Notes under the pieces: model-generated | The model's database searches: none | Told to the model about the DNA's origin: nothing | Seen by the model: only the letters and a program-made list of their open reading frames with translations | Made by a program: the position numbers and the translations under genes | From: Hyphochytrium catenoides | Lineage: Eukaryota > Protista > Hyphochytriomycota | DNA length: 64,000 bases | Assembly: GCA_900088475.1 (NCBI GenBank) | Contig: FLMG01000988.1 | Span: 124,001-188,000, forward strand | Direction: 5' to 3' | Part shown: piece after piece, positions 38,752 to 50,766 of the stretch | Position numbering within the stretch: the first letter of the stretch is position 1 | How the letters are laid out: every line of letters begins with the position of its first letter

Positions 38752-40953
38752 ATGGATACTTCTACGCCTGATTCCGCGTCGGTAGAGACTGCCACGAAGA
38801 CTAGAACGAGAAAGAAAGAGCCGGCAGAAAAAAAGGAAAGAAAGAGGAAGCGCAGAGGCGCCAAACCTGCAAGCTGGGTCTGGAACTATTTCACCGCCAC
38901 GCAGCCCGTTCCTTCAAACTCAAAATTCACCGCTCCTGCCGTCTGCCAGCTCTGTGGCCATGAGATGGAAAGCTCCCTTGGTACTTCCAACATTATTAAG
39001 CATCTGGCCAACAGACACGCAATCACACCCAAATCCCACTCTACCGGAGTGCCTGAAGTGGCCAGTCAGGAGTTACTTGAAGCTCGAAAGAAGCGGAACA
39101 CCAAAAAAACTCTTGTGAGCAACATTGGGACTGACCTTCAGTCGTTTACTAAGCCTGGCGAGAGATATAAGAGGGAGACGAGCGCTAAAACTGAGCAAAA
39201 GTGGGTTGACTGCCTGGTGCGACACCAGCTGCCTTTGGATCTGGGGGAAAGCCCGTACTTCCGTTCCTTTTTCTTTGACCTGAGCAAAAAGTACAGCCCT
39301 CCTTCTCAGCAGAAGGTAGAAGCGCTCCTTTCCTCCGCCTATCGTCTAGCCCTAGAGCAGGTAGAGGCTGCTCTTTCTCAAGCAGCCGCGGTACACCTTG
39401 AGCTCACACTCTGGCCGCGAACTGGGAAAAGAGAAGAAGGAGGAGACATATTTTCGACAGCGCAAATTACTGGGCATTTTGTCAATGACAATTTCGAGCT
39501 GTACCGCGTGGCACTTCGCACCAAAGCCCGAAGAGGCCCCTATGCCTCTCCCGACATACTTTCTCTTCTCCAAGAAGTAGTGGAAGATTTCCACTTAGGA
39601 CGGAAGGTAGCCTCCCTACTTTGTCCGGAGGCCCAGGCAGATGTGGCCGTTAAGCTTCGACAGTCACAGCAGCAATGGTTACTGCTAACCTGTCAGCCAG
39701 ACTTCATCTCTGTTGCATTGAGAGAGGCCGCGGAGGTGGCTAGCCTTCGACAGCTCCTTGACAGAGCTCAGTGCATGTTGGAATACTTTTTGACGAACCA
39801 AACCGCCAGGGAGAAACTCAAAGCCCTACAGGAACAGGAGAGAGCAGGAGATGAAGAAGCTTTACTAGCCTCCCTGGAAAGTGAGGTCTCTCCGTTTGGC
39901 ATCATTACCCAGGTGACAGCGTACCGACAAGCTCTTGAGAGGTATAAGAAGGAGGAGTTAGAAAACGCCAAGAGCTCCTCTCGATCGCAGCGGGCAGGCG
40001 TAGACGAGATGTGGCTAACTTCCACTGAGTTTGACGCTTTTGAGGAGGTCCAAGAGTTATTGTCTACCCTTCAGAACATTAGTGGATGGCTTCAAGGTCA
40101 CATGGCGGGTACAGTGTCTATTGTCAGACCCTGTCTCTATGACATAGAGAACTTTGTTCGATCTATATCAACTTCGCCTTCTTCCACCGATGTCGAAGGC
40201 AAAAATAGTTACAGCGAGCCATGCCGGGAAGTTGCCACTACTGTAGGCGAGGTAGTCGGTAACTGGCAGAAGGCTCAGGACGCGGAGACCGAGACGCTGT
40301 ACCTGGTTGCTTCCTTACTGGATCCGAGGTTCAAACATGGAAAGTTTGCTGGGGAGGAGAAGTGGCAGAGTGTCATTGACTTTGTAAAACGAGAAATTGA
40401 GATGCAGGCTGCGGCAGGGGTTTCAGTAGATGGGACTCAAACAGGAACCCTTGGGGATGCGAAAGGGAAAGGAAAGAGACAACAACGTTTGAGATTTTCT
40501 CTTACGGGCGGCGGAAATGTCAGTAGCACGGGTAATAGGACTGACGTAGGCCAAGGCGAACATGATGGTGCCTTGCCCATTTCTTCTACAGCAGTTGAGG
40601 TGGACAGCTACCTAGAGGAAACCTTTTATCTTCCTGCCCGTACTACTGAAGATAGAGAAAAAGCGATGATGACGTTCGACGTCCTGGGTTGGTGGCGTAA
40701 GCGGCAACTGGACTACCCGCACCTCTCTCAACTTGCCCGCCGGTACCTTTCCGTTCCTGCAAGCTTGAAGGGAGACAGGGAGAGCCGCCCTCCCAGCGCC
40801 CAAGGTTGGAGAAGCAGTGTTGTAGAACCTGGATCGTTAGACAGGATGGCTTTCTTGCAAAGCTACCAGCAGGAAGCGGTCAGTGCAGAGCCGTTGAGTG
40901 CGCCCTTGCCTTCTCTCTTCGCACCTGCCAAAATACCGCAAGCGATCGTATAA
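38752..40953 (+). CDS. hAT transposase-derived protein (BED zinc finger + hATC dimerisation domain), catalytic motifs degenerate; probably domesticated
   Basis: BED: SWVWNYF..CQLC..GTSNIIKHLANRH. Also ASLLDPRFK. hATC: DVLGWWRKRQLDYPHLSQLARRYLSVPAS. Intact 733-aa ORF. Confidence 0.88.
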   Translation: MDTSTPDSASVETATKTRTRKKEPAEKKERKRKRRGAKPASWVWNYFTATQPVPSNSKFTAPAVCQLCGHEMESSLGTSNIIKHLANRHAITPKSHSTGVPEVASQELLEARKKRNTKKTLVSNIGTDLQSFTKPGERYKRETSAKTEQKWVDCLVRHQLPLDLGESPYFRSFFFDLSKKYSPPSQQKVEALLSSAYRLALEQVEAALSQAAAVHLELTLWPRTGKREEGGDIFSTAQITGHFVNDNFELYRVALRTKARRGPYASPDILSLLQEVVEDFHLGRKVASLLCPEAQADVAVKLRQSQQQWLLLTCQPDFISVALREAAEVASLRQLLDRAQCMLEYFLTNQTAREKLKALQEQERAGDEEALLASLESEVSPFGIITQVTAYRQALERYKKEELENAKSSSRSQRAGVDEMWLTSTEFDAFEEVQELLSTLQNISGWLQGHMAGTVSIVRPCLYDIENFVRSISTSPSSTDVEGKNSYSEPCREVATTVGEVVGNWQKAQDAETETLYLVASLLDPRFKHGKFAGEEKWQSVIDFVKREIEMQAAAGVSVDGTQTGTLGDAKGKGKRQQRLRFSLTGGGNVSSTGNRTDVGQGEHDGALPISSTAVEVDSYLEETFYLPARTTEDREKAMMTFDVLGWWRKRQLDYPHLSQLARRYLSVPASLKGDRESRPPSAQGWRSSVVEPGSLDRMAFLQSYQQEAVSAEPLSAPLPSLFAPAKIPQAIV

Positions 40954-41171
40954 GGGAAAGCTGTATGCATATGAGCCTCATGACGGTTGAGACCTAAGAG
41001 AGTGATCCTTTCTCATTGCTGTTCCTACTTTTTTTTGTTTGTTCCTCGCGTTCTTCTCTTTGCACTTGAGGTCTTACACGTCGTAAGTCATAACAACCAA
41101 GCCATAGACTCTTTCTGTTGAACACGAACATTCTATTCGGGTATCCAGTAATATTGGTTTTGAGGCTCAAC

Positions 41172-42439
41172 TCAGTACGCCAAGCAACCACCTCCTAGGC
41201 TACCTCCCAGGCTCTGCTCCAGCGCACCAGGTTTGCAGGGTTTACGTAGTAGAGTAATAATAATAACTAAGCTTTCTGAGTAGGACCGGCACTTGCAAGC
41301 TAAAGCACAGGCAGTAAAAGCAAAAATGTACCCCAAGAAGATGCCTATATGGAAGGACGCTTTGGCCTGGTTGTTCAACCACATATTTTCATATTGGGGA
41401 TAGAATGATGGCTACGACATCGACAACAGCGAACATAGAAAGAGAGAGTGTGACAAAGTACCCATAGTGTCTGACTGTTGCCATGTAGAACTTGTAGTGG
41501 TGCAACAGCAGGTAGAGATGCACAGCCAGCAAGATAAATAGAGGAGATAATAGAGCAGGAACTGGGATCCCGTTGGCCAAGTTCAACGATGCCATGAAGG
41601 AGAGAACAGTCTGAGCGCAAAGAAGTATGACTGTCACTCCGAGAATCCTGATGATAAAGCATAAGAAGGCATATCATTAGCAAGTGCCAATCGCCCGCCT
41701 ACTCCTCCCTCCTCAAGTCTTTCTTCTCTGAGATCCATCTCCTCCTCTCCGTCCCACTCTTCCCGTTCTTCTTGCAGCGTACGCCATGTCCTCCCCATCC
41801 ACTGAGCGATCTCTCTAGCCGCAACTACAAAACACCATCCGGATGCAAGGCACACATGCATGGGTATCCTTACCTTTGCGTGATAGAGGTAGTTCGCTTT
41901 TCTTCAAAATGCCCCCGGCGGCGCTCCGCCAGCAGAACTTTCCATCCGCGAAGCCGCAAGTTTGAAGCTTGGCGACAAGGTTCTTGGTCCGCAATAGCTC
42001 TTGCTGCTCGTTCGAGCAACGCGAATGAGGAGAGATCTGACTTCTTGAAGAATGGAAGTAAGGCCTCTAGAACAATCTCTGGAAATGCTTTGAGGAGCAA
42101 TCTGAGGCATAGAGGGCCGTAATGACGCGCGACTAAAGGAGAAGGTGGAAGGTACGGTGATAAAATAACCCCGCATCCTTCATCCCCATCTTCAGTAGCT
42201 TGCGTCGATAGCACTTGGTCAGCCTGTATCTCGGACCTTAGACTCTTTAGGCTCGGGAAAGACAGAGAGGCGTCCTCCCGAGAACCTTGCCTTACGAAAA
42301 CCTTAGGGCTTTTCCAACGAGAAACAGGCGTGCTAACAGGAGACCAGTGCTCAGGCCCAGGAGATGCTTCAGCGACATCATCAAGAGCTTCTACATAAAT
42401 GGATACCCTGCTCTCTGCCAGGCAATCTTCTCTGTCCAT
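41172..42439 (-). CDS. Hypothetical multi-pass membrane protein with an F-box-like segment; exon structure uncertain
   Basis: First exon ORF contains FPEIVLEALLPFFKKSDLSSFALLERA. Downstream hydrophobic exons (ILGVTVILLCAQTVLSF.., SFHIGIFLGYIFAFTACALAC) can be joined by plausible GT-AG introns. Confidence 0.45.
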
Positions 42440-42569
42440 CACTCTGCTCCTGACTGACGGCGATCAGCTATTATGTATCCGAGCCAAGCACATCGTTTCT
42501 AACCTCTCAGCTATCACGACACTACCCCGTGATATTCCTCACTGACAAGCCAACGTACGCTTTCCCTTT

Positions 42570-43330
42570 CAAACACGCACCGATCCCCACCTAAGCGGTT
42601 CCGCAGGTGCAAGGCAAGCATCGGCAAGAGCGGCGAGCGATAGAGGGAGTGCCGCCAACAGATCCATGTCAATCTTCATCTTCCCTTGGCTCTTCACTTC
42701 CTTCTGAAAGAAGCACTTCGAACAAATCATCGGACGCTGAGTGACTGTATTGACCAACCAGTTAGCTGTTAGCCGCTACCGGTATCACCTAAGAAAGTTC
42801 TGATGCAGAGTGAATGCCCATTACTACGGAACGCAGGCCCATCCAAATCGAGGGAAAGGGGCTTCAGATAACGGTCTTATTACTACTTTGGTTTCTGGTT
42901 TCTGATGCCAAGCGGTGTGCGTACGCCACGTATTCTCCGTTTGCATTAGGAAAGACTGTCTTCTTGCCCCTTCTTTTTCCCCCTTCTTCTTCCCCGCCTA
43001 GTTTCCTAAACCATAAACCTCTCGTTCCGTTAGGGCTAGAACTCAACAAAGCCTACATAGAACACCCAGCCTTTTAGTTAGATGGATAAAAGTGGGGTCT
43101 AACGGCGTTAAACCCTTAGAAAAGCCTGACCAATCTAAGGCATTAGGGTTAAGGTTAGATACATTCTCCGTTGAAAGGTTATAAGAGGGCGCAGAGATCA
43201 TGACACGAACTCGAAGATTCGAAGATTGTACCAAGGCGTTCAGTTCGAGGGAACACAAGAGCTGCTGCCGCCACGTCCACGCTTGGTTGTGAGGAAGACA
43301 GCGATGCCGCCGCATCCATCTTCTTCATCA
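42570..43330. pseudogene. Decayed, TpA-rich intergenic coding relic (unidentified)
   Basis: Fragmentary minus-strand frames. 42990-43190 is rich in TTAG/CTAA with few TG. Confidence 0.3.
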
Positions 43331-44519
43331 CGGACTTCACCAGCCACATCCTCCTCCAATCTGTCTCACGCCCGGGCCTTGTTAATAATAAGAGAGGCAT
43401 ACAAACGGCCACCTGCCCAAGGCCGTGGAGCATCCGTAGTAACAAGGAATTGGCAGGATCGCAGCAGATTATACTGAAGAAAAGGCAACTAAGAAGCGGA
43501 GCCAGGCCATTGAAGGCCAAGGGAGCGTCAGGAAGAAGGGGTGCAGTTGGTGCCGTTTTGCCGTTTCATAGTAGGTTTGGGTCGTCCTTAGGTGAAGGTG
43601 TTGAGATGACATTGCACTACTCTGTGACGCGAACCTTGAATACGCTATTGAAGAGCAATGTGCAACAATACTCTTTCCTTTTATTAGTGGGTCTCATTGT
43701 GACGATAGACCCAGCCGTCGCCTTGCGGTACCTTACGGTTGCTGCACACCACAACGAAAAGAAGTGAAACACCTTCTACTACAAGGGAATCGATGGGATG
43801 ATGATGATGACCCTCTCATGGGGTGCGACCTCATTTTAGCTTTATAGACGCTCTCATCGCCTGGATATATATCATGATAAAAAATTGGGCCTACGCGGCT
43901 CTCCTCTCCGAGTACGTATCAGCGACGCATCAGAGAGCGGGAGGAGGAGCTGATGACCTCCTCTGTGCTCCTCCCAAATAACAAACAGCTTCTCTTCTAG
44001 CGCAGAGCAATGGCAAAGATCGACCCTTCCTGACGCTCCTCTCTCAGATACTAATCCATCTAAATTATTCTAACTTTCTCCGACTACTGCTGCTGTGCCT
44101 GAGACCACAAGAAGCAATCCTCCTCTTTCGGGGTGAAATTTGTGTCTTCTTCATCGAGCAGCACTGGGGACGTCCTTAGCGGCACAGATCCTTCTTACTA
44201 ATCCTTACTTGGAGACTACTACTGGCAGATGCACATCGAATCATTGTCAGAAGATAGCAGCTTGACTCTTGGATGTGTTGCTGCTTTCACGACCACCGAC
44301 AGCTGAGGGCCCAGCCTGGCCTGTCGTCGTCCAGCAGGCAGCAGGGCGATTGAGACATTTGGTTGTGGTAATTGTTTCCTTTTGTCTGTTCGCTTATATT
44401 CGGGTAGACAAAACTACCTTCGGGTTCTTCATTTGATGTACTATAAAATGAAACACCACATCCAGATGGATGAGTGCATGTTTTCTTCATCATGATCCTT
44501 ATCCACGAAATTGCATCGG

Positions 44520-47500
44520 ATGGACAAATTAGTTTCGGCAGTGAGGAAGAAGGTAGTACGACCTGCTTCAGCAGAAAATCTCTCTTGCTGACGGCCATGA
44601 AAGACGAGCAAATTGCTGGGAAGACTTGGTGCTCACAGCTCAATTTGGCTCTCTCAGCGTCTCCATCCTGTTCCCACAGTCCGTCTCCTGCTATCGAGCC
44701 TCGGTTTTAGCAGCCGCGGTATAGAGACTCAGCATCCAGGCAGAGCGAGGAGAAGTTTACCAGTTTGGCTTCAGTTCTTGTGGCGCGCTGATGGCTGGGA
44801 AGTGTCTCAACAGGTTCCCCCCAGCCTTCCGGACCTCTCCAACGCAGGTCGCATGCCAGTGTGATTCTAAGGATTTCTGCTTCTGCTCTAAGACCAGTTA
44901 ACGCTTTCGGTCTGTTGCTCGTCATCCATCTGCCCGCCCTTGACCTCGCTTTACTTCGGATGGCCTCTGTGGCGGCAGTACCATACAGAGGATGTGGTCT
45001 TTCCGGTAGAGCCCTCTAACTGCACCAAAGAACAGGTAGCAACTCTGCTGGCTTCTTTTGATTAAGTGCTTCTTCCTCTTCTGCGCTCTCTCTCCATACA
45101 TGTTGACATACCGCCGTCTCCGCTCTCCTTCTATCCACATTGTCTTCTGTAAGTGCAGTCCATGCAGCATATCACCTTTCTGTCGTCTTCTTCTCTCCCT
45201 GCCGTGTGCTTGCCTCGCTTGCTTCTTCGTCTCACTGTTTCCGTTATGGGTGCCCCATCCTTGTTGCTCTAGCTTGCCAAGGTAGTCGCAGTCGGGAAAC
45301 AGCTATGGAGCAGCAACTGATTGAAATAGAAGCTGCTGGCCTCCGAGGCCAAGCTCAACTTGAATACTTAGATAGCATCTTTCTCCTCATGACGGAAGTT
45401 GCAGTGCATCTTCATCAGCGCTTGAAGGTATCGTTCCTCTCCTCTATTTCTTCTCATCCTTTTGCCTCCCTTTATCCTCAAGCCAGTATGAAGTGACCTG
45501 CCCATTTCTTCTGGTCACTGTCGTGTTTGATCCTGAGCCCTTGCTTGCTCGGTCTTCTCCTAGGGGCTTTCCCAGCTGCTGGCGCGAGGGACAGAGAATC
45601 ATCACCACTTTGGAGAGGTGCTTGAAGAGTGCTTGGCACAGCATGAGGTGCGACCCACTCCTCATGGAAAGTGCAAGCACGCAATCATACATATCATTCA
45701 TCTCTAACTGTTCCATTCCACAAACGTCCTTCTAACTCCGAATGCACTCAACTTTCCCTGTCGTGGTCACTTGATCTCTACCTACCTTGCCCGGCACCTC
45801 TACCTTTCCTGGCTTCGCCATTGGATCGATTTGTGAACAAGTAGAGCGACCAAGAGCTTGACAAAATGTTCAAGATCATGGAAGAGACAGATGCCTCCCA
45901 GTATGAGGTAAGGATTACCCCTGTCTCTATTGCCGTACTAGAGCTGCCTTGGACTTTGTGTGACTTCTCTGTTCCCGTCCAGTCGGCCATCTTCTTCTCT
46001 CCCTTAGGATGCTCCGCGTCACTCTCCAAAGCAGCCTTTCATCAACTTCCTATCTTTGTCCGTTCTTTCATTGAGCCATCGACAGCCTTATTGATAACAA
46101 AATGTCTCCGCGTCTTTTGTTGTCAGAGGGAAGGATCGTTGTCAAAACGGGTGCTCTTGGACTACATCGACAATCAAGGTGTGAACATGCTCCGGGATCA
46201 GTGTCGGCAGCAGCTAGATGAGTAAGATCAACACCGTGTCATACGTGGCAAAGTTAGAGAAGGGAAAGTACCTGACAGAATTCAGATACTAATGCTCTTC
46301 CGTGACACCAACTAGTGTACAAGTGCTTGCTGAGGATGCAGCGATGATCCTAAGGCGTCTCTCAACTTATCTGGACCAGTTCTCCACAGCAGCTTTTCCG
46401 AGAGCATTTCTTGATTCCAAAGTACGCGCTCTCGAGTTTCACTCTTCTTACACTTGGGCTTATTAGTTCATTGTAGGAAAAGGAAGATTCTTGGCATCAA
46501 GTGTGGGCGGCTGCGACAGAGACTTTTTTTCATAAGCGGGAGAGGGCTCACGTCATGCTAGTCCACCTGGTATAAGCTGTCTGACACTGGCTACTTGAAC
46601 AGCTATTTCCTTCCATTCAACCTTGCCTCTTATGGGGGCTCTGCTGTTTTTCCTTACCTTGCATGTCCGAGAGATTGTCTCTTCTCTTTTCTTGACCTAT
46701 ATGCGGTACACTGTCGTGGACAGCGATTCTGTGTGGGAGAAGAGAGAGCGAGAGAGACAATAAGGAGAGGAATCAAATGCCCCACAGTTCCGTCAGACAG
46801 CGGTTGGTGTGAAAGGGGAAGAAAGGGGAAGAGAGGGAAGGAAAAAGTGGTGGCGCCCCTGTAGATATTACCTCGTGCCTCTCTACACTTTTGGCCCTGT
46901 CTTCCCTCTTATCCTTGTCTCTATTCCTCTAGCTGAAAATACCCTCCATTGCTCTTTAGCTCTCTGACTTGTTTGGCCTTGTTGGCATGCTTGGGCATAA
47001 CGCTCTAGACGAGCTTCTTGTGGTGTCTTCTCGTTGTTCCTGTGAAAATACGTTTCTCTAGTATAATGGTGGGTCTCATGGTAGGAAGAATCAATTCAAA
47101 GGCTTCGTAACTGTAGAGGCGGTTCTCAAGAGCAAAGGTATCTAGCGTCGCGCGCTTTTGATGAAGATTTGGGGAAATACTGACCAAATGCTCGCTCCTC
47201 CCCTACTGAAATCTTGACGGTAACTGCACACAATGCATGGTTGATTGCAAGCGCTGTAAGTCTATTGCTTAGGCACTTTGCTGAGAGTTATTTCTATCTT
47301 GTTTCATCTGACTGCATCTGGTTCCTCTTGCATCGCACTCTCTCTCTCTTTTCCTATCTCTCTGTCTCTCTTTCTTTCCTTTAAACGATATGCGGTCTGT
47401 ATCAGCTATCAGGAGATCTGATCTACCTCGCCACAGGGGAATAATGGGATGAAAGGGACACAAACCGAGGTTGAAGCGTCAATTGCAGCTCAAAAGGAGC

Positions 47501-48571
47501 TAGATGCGTCCGTTCAGTATTTTGACGGAGCGTTTTCTGCAGCAGTAAGCGCTCGATGATCAGCATAAGATCACTTCCATCCTCTACTCCTGCTAACGTC
47601 GTACCCTGCTTGTACTTGAATTTGAATCTCTTTGTACAGGTGGAGCTGTTTCTAGATATTGAGCAGCAAGATGAGGAAATTCGAGCAGACATCCTTCAGC
47701 TCAGGGATATACAGCACAGGTACAGTGGAATAGGGCAAGCGAGAATGGCGTTGGGTTCAATAGGTGTGAGAGGATCCCAAGACGACCAAGTAAACACAGC
47801 CAAGATGGTGTAAGGGTAAAGGTAGAGCAGCTGACAAGAAATGGGATGGAAGTAAACTTCACGGCGCGAGAGGCGCAACATACTTGCCTGCATTAGGCGG
47901 TGGTACCTAAGGGCTAGAACTGGTAGGATGTCAACCAAGGAAGTTACGAGGTCTGAAGGCGACTCGTCTGCAGTTGTCTTGCCGACAGGTCTCATCTCCT
48001 TCCACTTCTGCCTAATATCTCTTAACGGCGCCACCTCGCAGAACGAAGGACCTGCTAGAGAGCCTCACCCACTCTGTGGATGAGCTGGAGCGTCTGAGGC
48101 AGTTCTACCATAGCTTTATACAGGCCTTTGGAAAGCTTAATGACGAGATACGAAGACGAAGCGATGAAGAAGTCAAGATAAAGAGAATGGCAGATAACTT
48201 CGAAGCTCGGCTAAGAGAGATGGCGCTCGAAGAGCAAAGGAAGAGAGAAGAGTTCTTCGACCTCTTTGGCCAGTTTTTGCCTACGGAACTACAGCTAAAG
48301 GCTGAGGTAAAGTGTCCTGTTCCTCTATTTGCTTATTGTGCCAATCTTCCTTACGCCTTGAGGTGTGAGTGAGGATCGGACCCATCTTCTCTTAAGGATA
48401 TACATTTTCTATGATGCGTGATCGTCAACCACCTATCTGGCCCGTGCTTTAAGCATAGTTAGCTGTTCTACGGGCCACCCTGATTCCTCTCGCCTTCACC
48501 GACAGGAACCTGCGCCTGAGTATTACTTTGAGAGGAGATCCTGTTTGAAAAGCACCAACACGGGAGATTAG
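44520..48571 (+). CDS. Atg17-like autophagy scaffold (coiled coil), multi-exon; 5' end uncertain
   Basis: C-terminal ELERLRQFYHSFIQAFGKLNDEIRRR..RLREMALEEQRKREEFFDLFGQFLPTEL|EPAPEY matches the Atg17/Atg11 APG17-domain ending. An upstream exon reads KRVLLDYIDNQGVNMLRDQC. Confidence 0.68.
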
Positions 48572-49647
48572 CTCTCAAAGCGTAACATCTATTTATTGTT
48601 ATCGGAACTTTGGAATGACCAAGGGGCACGGTCTAGCTTTTCAGCAATTTCTGATGAAGAAAGCCAACAGACTGGCTAGCGAAGCAACACTCAACCTTGC
48701 GGCTCCTGCGATTAGCGTCTTTCTAAGTAGTAGGAGATGGCGCTGATATATTTCGTCTCTCTGTGTTAGCTCTGTGTTCACCCTGGTCTAAGAGAACCCG
48801 CTATTAACGAAGTGAAGGTTTCTAATGAGAAGGCTCCGAGAGCTGAAGCCTTGCTTAGGAACTTGAAGAAAAGCCCGTAGAGGCCGCGCCGCACTGTTAT
48901 AGGGGTATTAGTCTTATACATGCATCTAGAAGCAGCCAATCCTCTCTGGTCTGAAGGACTGACACCCCCGCCTCGCATCGTGGGAAGTCCTTGTCAACTC
49001 TTAGTCAAGAAGCAAGTCACCTTTTGCCACTTCCGGGAAACATCAAGACTCGTACCCTTGGCGTATCAATTCTTCCTTCTATTTCGGCGGGAGTAGTAGG
49101 TCTCCCTTCGCCTTCTCTTGCATGGTTCTCTTGGATGGTGGCTGATCTTCACCGATTCCGGTCCCATCAGCTGGATTTGCATGGAGCTTCAATGTGATGA
49201 TCCTTTGCACATTCTAAAGATGAGATGCCAGTTGAGAGAGCGGTAGTCTCCACATATTGCTGCTGAACATTAGAGTTGGCGATAGCTTCTTTATTGCAGG
49301 TCACCGACTTGGGCAGAATGGTTACATGTATGGAGCATATGAACTCCTCGCGGCCCTGAGAGGGTAGCTACTCACCTTAAGTAATCTCTTCCCTGAACGA
49401 TGGGATGCAAGGGAATCCCAAGGGTGCACCGCCCGCACCTTTTTCACTAACCTCATCATACGCTGGCCGACTATTCCAACGCATAATAATTAGATAGAAG
49501 GCGAAGCGCAGAAGCTCTTGCTTACGCGTCCTCTAGGCTACAGAGTCAGGAAGCATGCATGCCATTCTTTGTGCCCTAACAACATGAATCCAGGTGGCTA
49601 CCTCTCCACTATCATCGGAGCCAGACGCATGCAGCTCCTCAACAGCC

Positions 49648-49987
49648 TCAAGATAACTCTGGCCTCTGGGGCTGCGACCTAATGACCTCATCCAGCAAGC
49701 ACGCAACCCGTCTTCTGCTTGCATTTCAGGCTGGGCAATCAGCAATAACCTGTTTCATCAAGATCACTTTGGCCTCTGGGGCTGCGACCTAATCAGCTCA
49801 TCGAGCAAGCGCGCAACCCGTCTTCTGCTTGCATTTCACAGGCTGGGCAATCACCAATAACCTGTTTCATCAAGACTACGCTGGCCTCTGGGGCTGCGAC
49901 CTCCTCCTGAGCCCATCCAGCAAGCGCACAACCTGTCTTCTGCTTGCATTCACAGGCTGGGCAGTTAGTAAGCAATAACCTCTTTCA
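49648..49987. repeat. Three degenerate ~111-bp tandem repeats
   Basis: Units start with tggcctctggggctgcgacct at 49660, 49770 and 49882, and share gtcttctgcttgcatt..caggctgggca..aataacct. Confidence 0.9.
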
Positions 49988-50313
49988 CTGTGTCAGGTGT
50001 CAGGTAGCAGACACTGCTTAGTCTACCTCTTTAGATGCTCTTTAATGTAGGCTATACTCGCAGGCTATGGTTTGTAATAGAGTTGTACATTTGAGATAAA
50101 TATAAGGGCGTTTACAAACTCCAAGCGAAATCGATGTGCTCAGTCTCCATCAAATCTGCAGAATAGAGTCTCCGTGTTGTCGGAGCTCCAAGACAGATTA
50201 TCCTCTCGGAGAATCTTGACGAAGCTTAACGCTGGGTGCTTATCCCTCTGAGTGATTGCTGACTATAAACCTAGTGTTTGCCCAAAGAGATTCATAGCTC
50301 AGTTTTGGCAAGG

Positions 50314-50766
50314 ATGATGATGCACATGCACAGACGGCTTCTTTCAAAGAGAGCTGGCCTTCAGCACGTTCAGAAACGCCTGATGTCTGGCGACACGGGT
50401 GTGAAGAAGAATATTTATGTGGAGGTAGGGATTTTCTCCCATGTCTTTACCAACTCATATCCCCGACTTGGCTGATATCTCTTTGTCAGGAATGGAATGG
50501 TCGAAGAGAGAAGCTTGAGCAGTCATTTGACTTCAACAGTGTCACGTTGAAGAAGGGATTTTTATGGATCCTAGCCATCCCGGCGGCCATGCTTGCTATC
50601 AGCACCAAGTGTAATGTAAGCTAGAGCCTCATATGCCCCTTAAATATAGTTCATTAGAGGCTTACTGAAGATGCAGGTTGGGAACTTTGATGGCAGATTC
50701 TCCATTCCAGAAGAGAGCCGCACCTACTGGCTGGCAAATAAAAAGGATGAGGAGTCAGGACATTAG
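50314..50766 (+). CDS. Mitochondrial complex I accessory subunit B15/NDUFB4-like, 3 small exons
   Basis: Presequence MHRRLLSKRAGLQHVQKRLMS, then KKNIYVE|EWNGRREKLEQSFDF and one TM helix (GFLWILAIPAAMLAI). This resembles the plant B15 pattern KN..IE.W...RE.LE..F. The last exon boundary is uncertain. Confidence 0.65.

Noticed and set aside
38600-41100. Active hAT transposon
   Set aside because: The catalytic residues are missing and no TIR or TSD was seen. Treated as a domesticated gene instead.
49648-49987. CRISPR-like array
   Set aside because: Whole units are repeated without unique spacers, there are no cas genes, and the context is eukaryotic.
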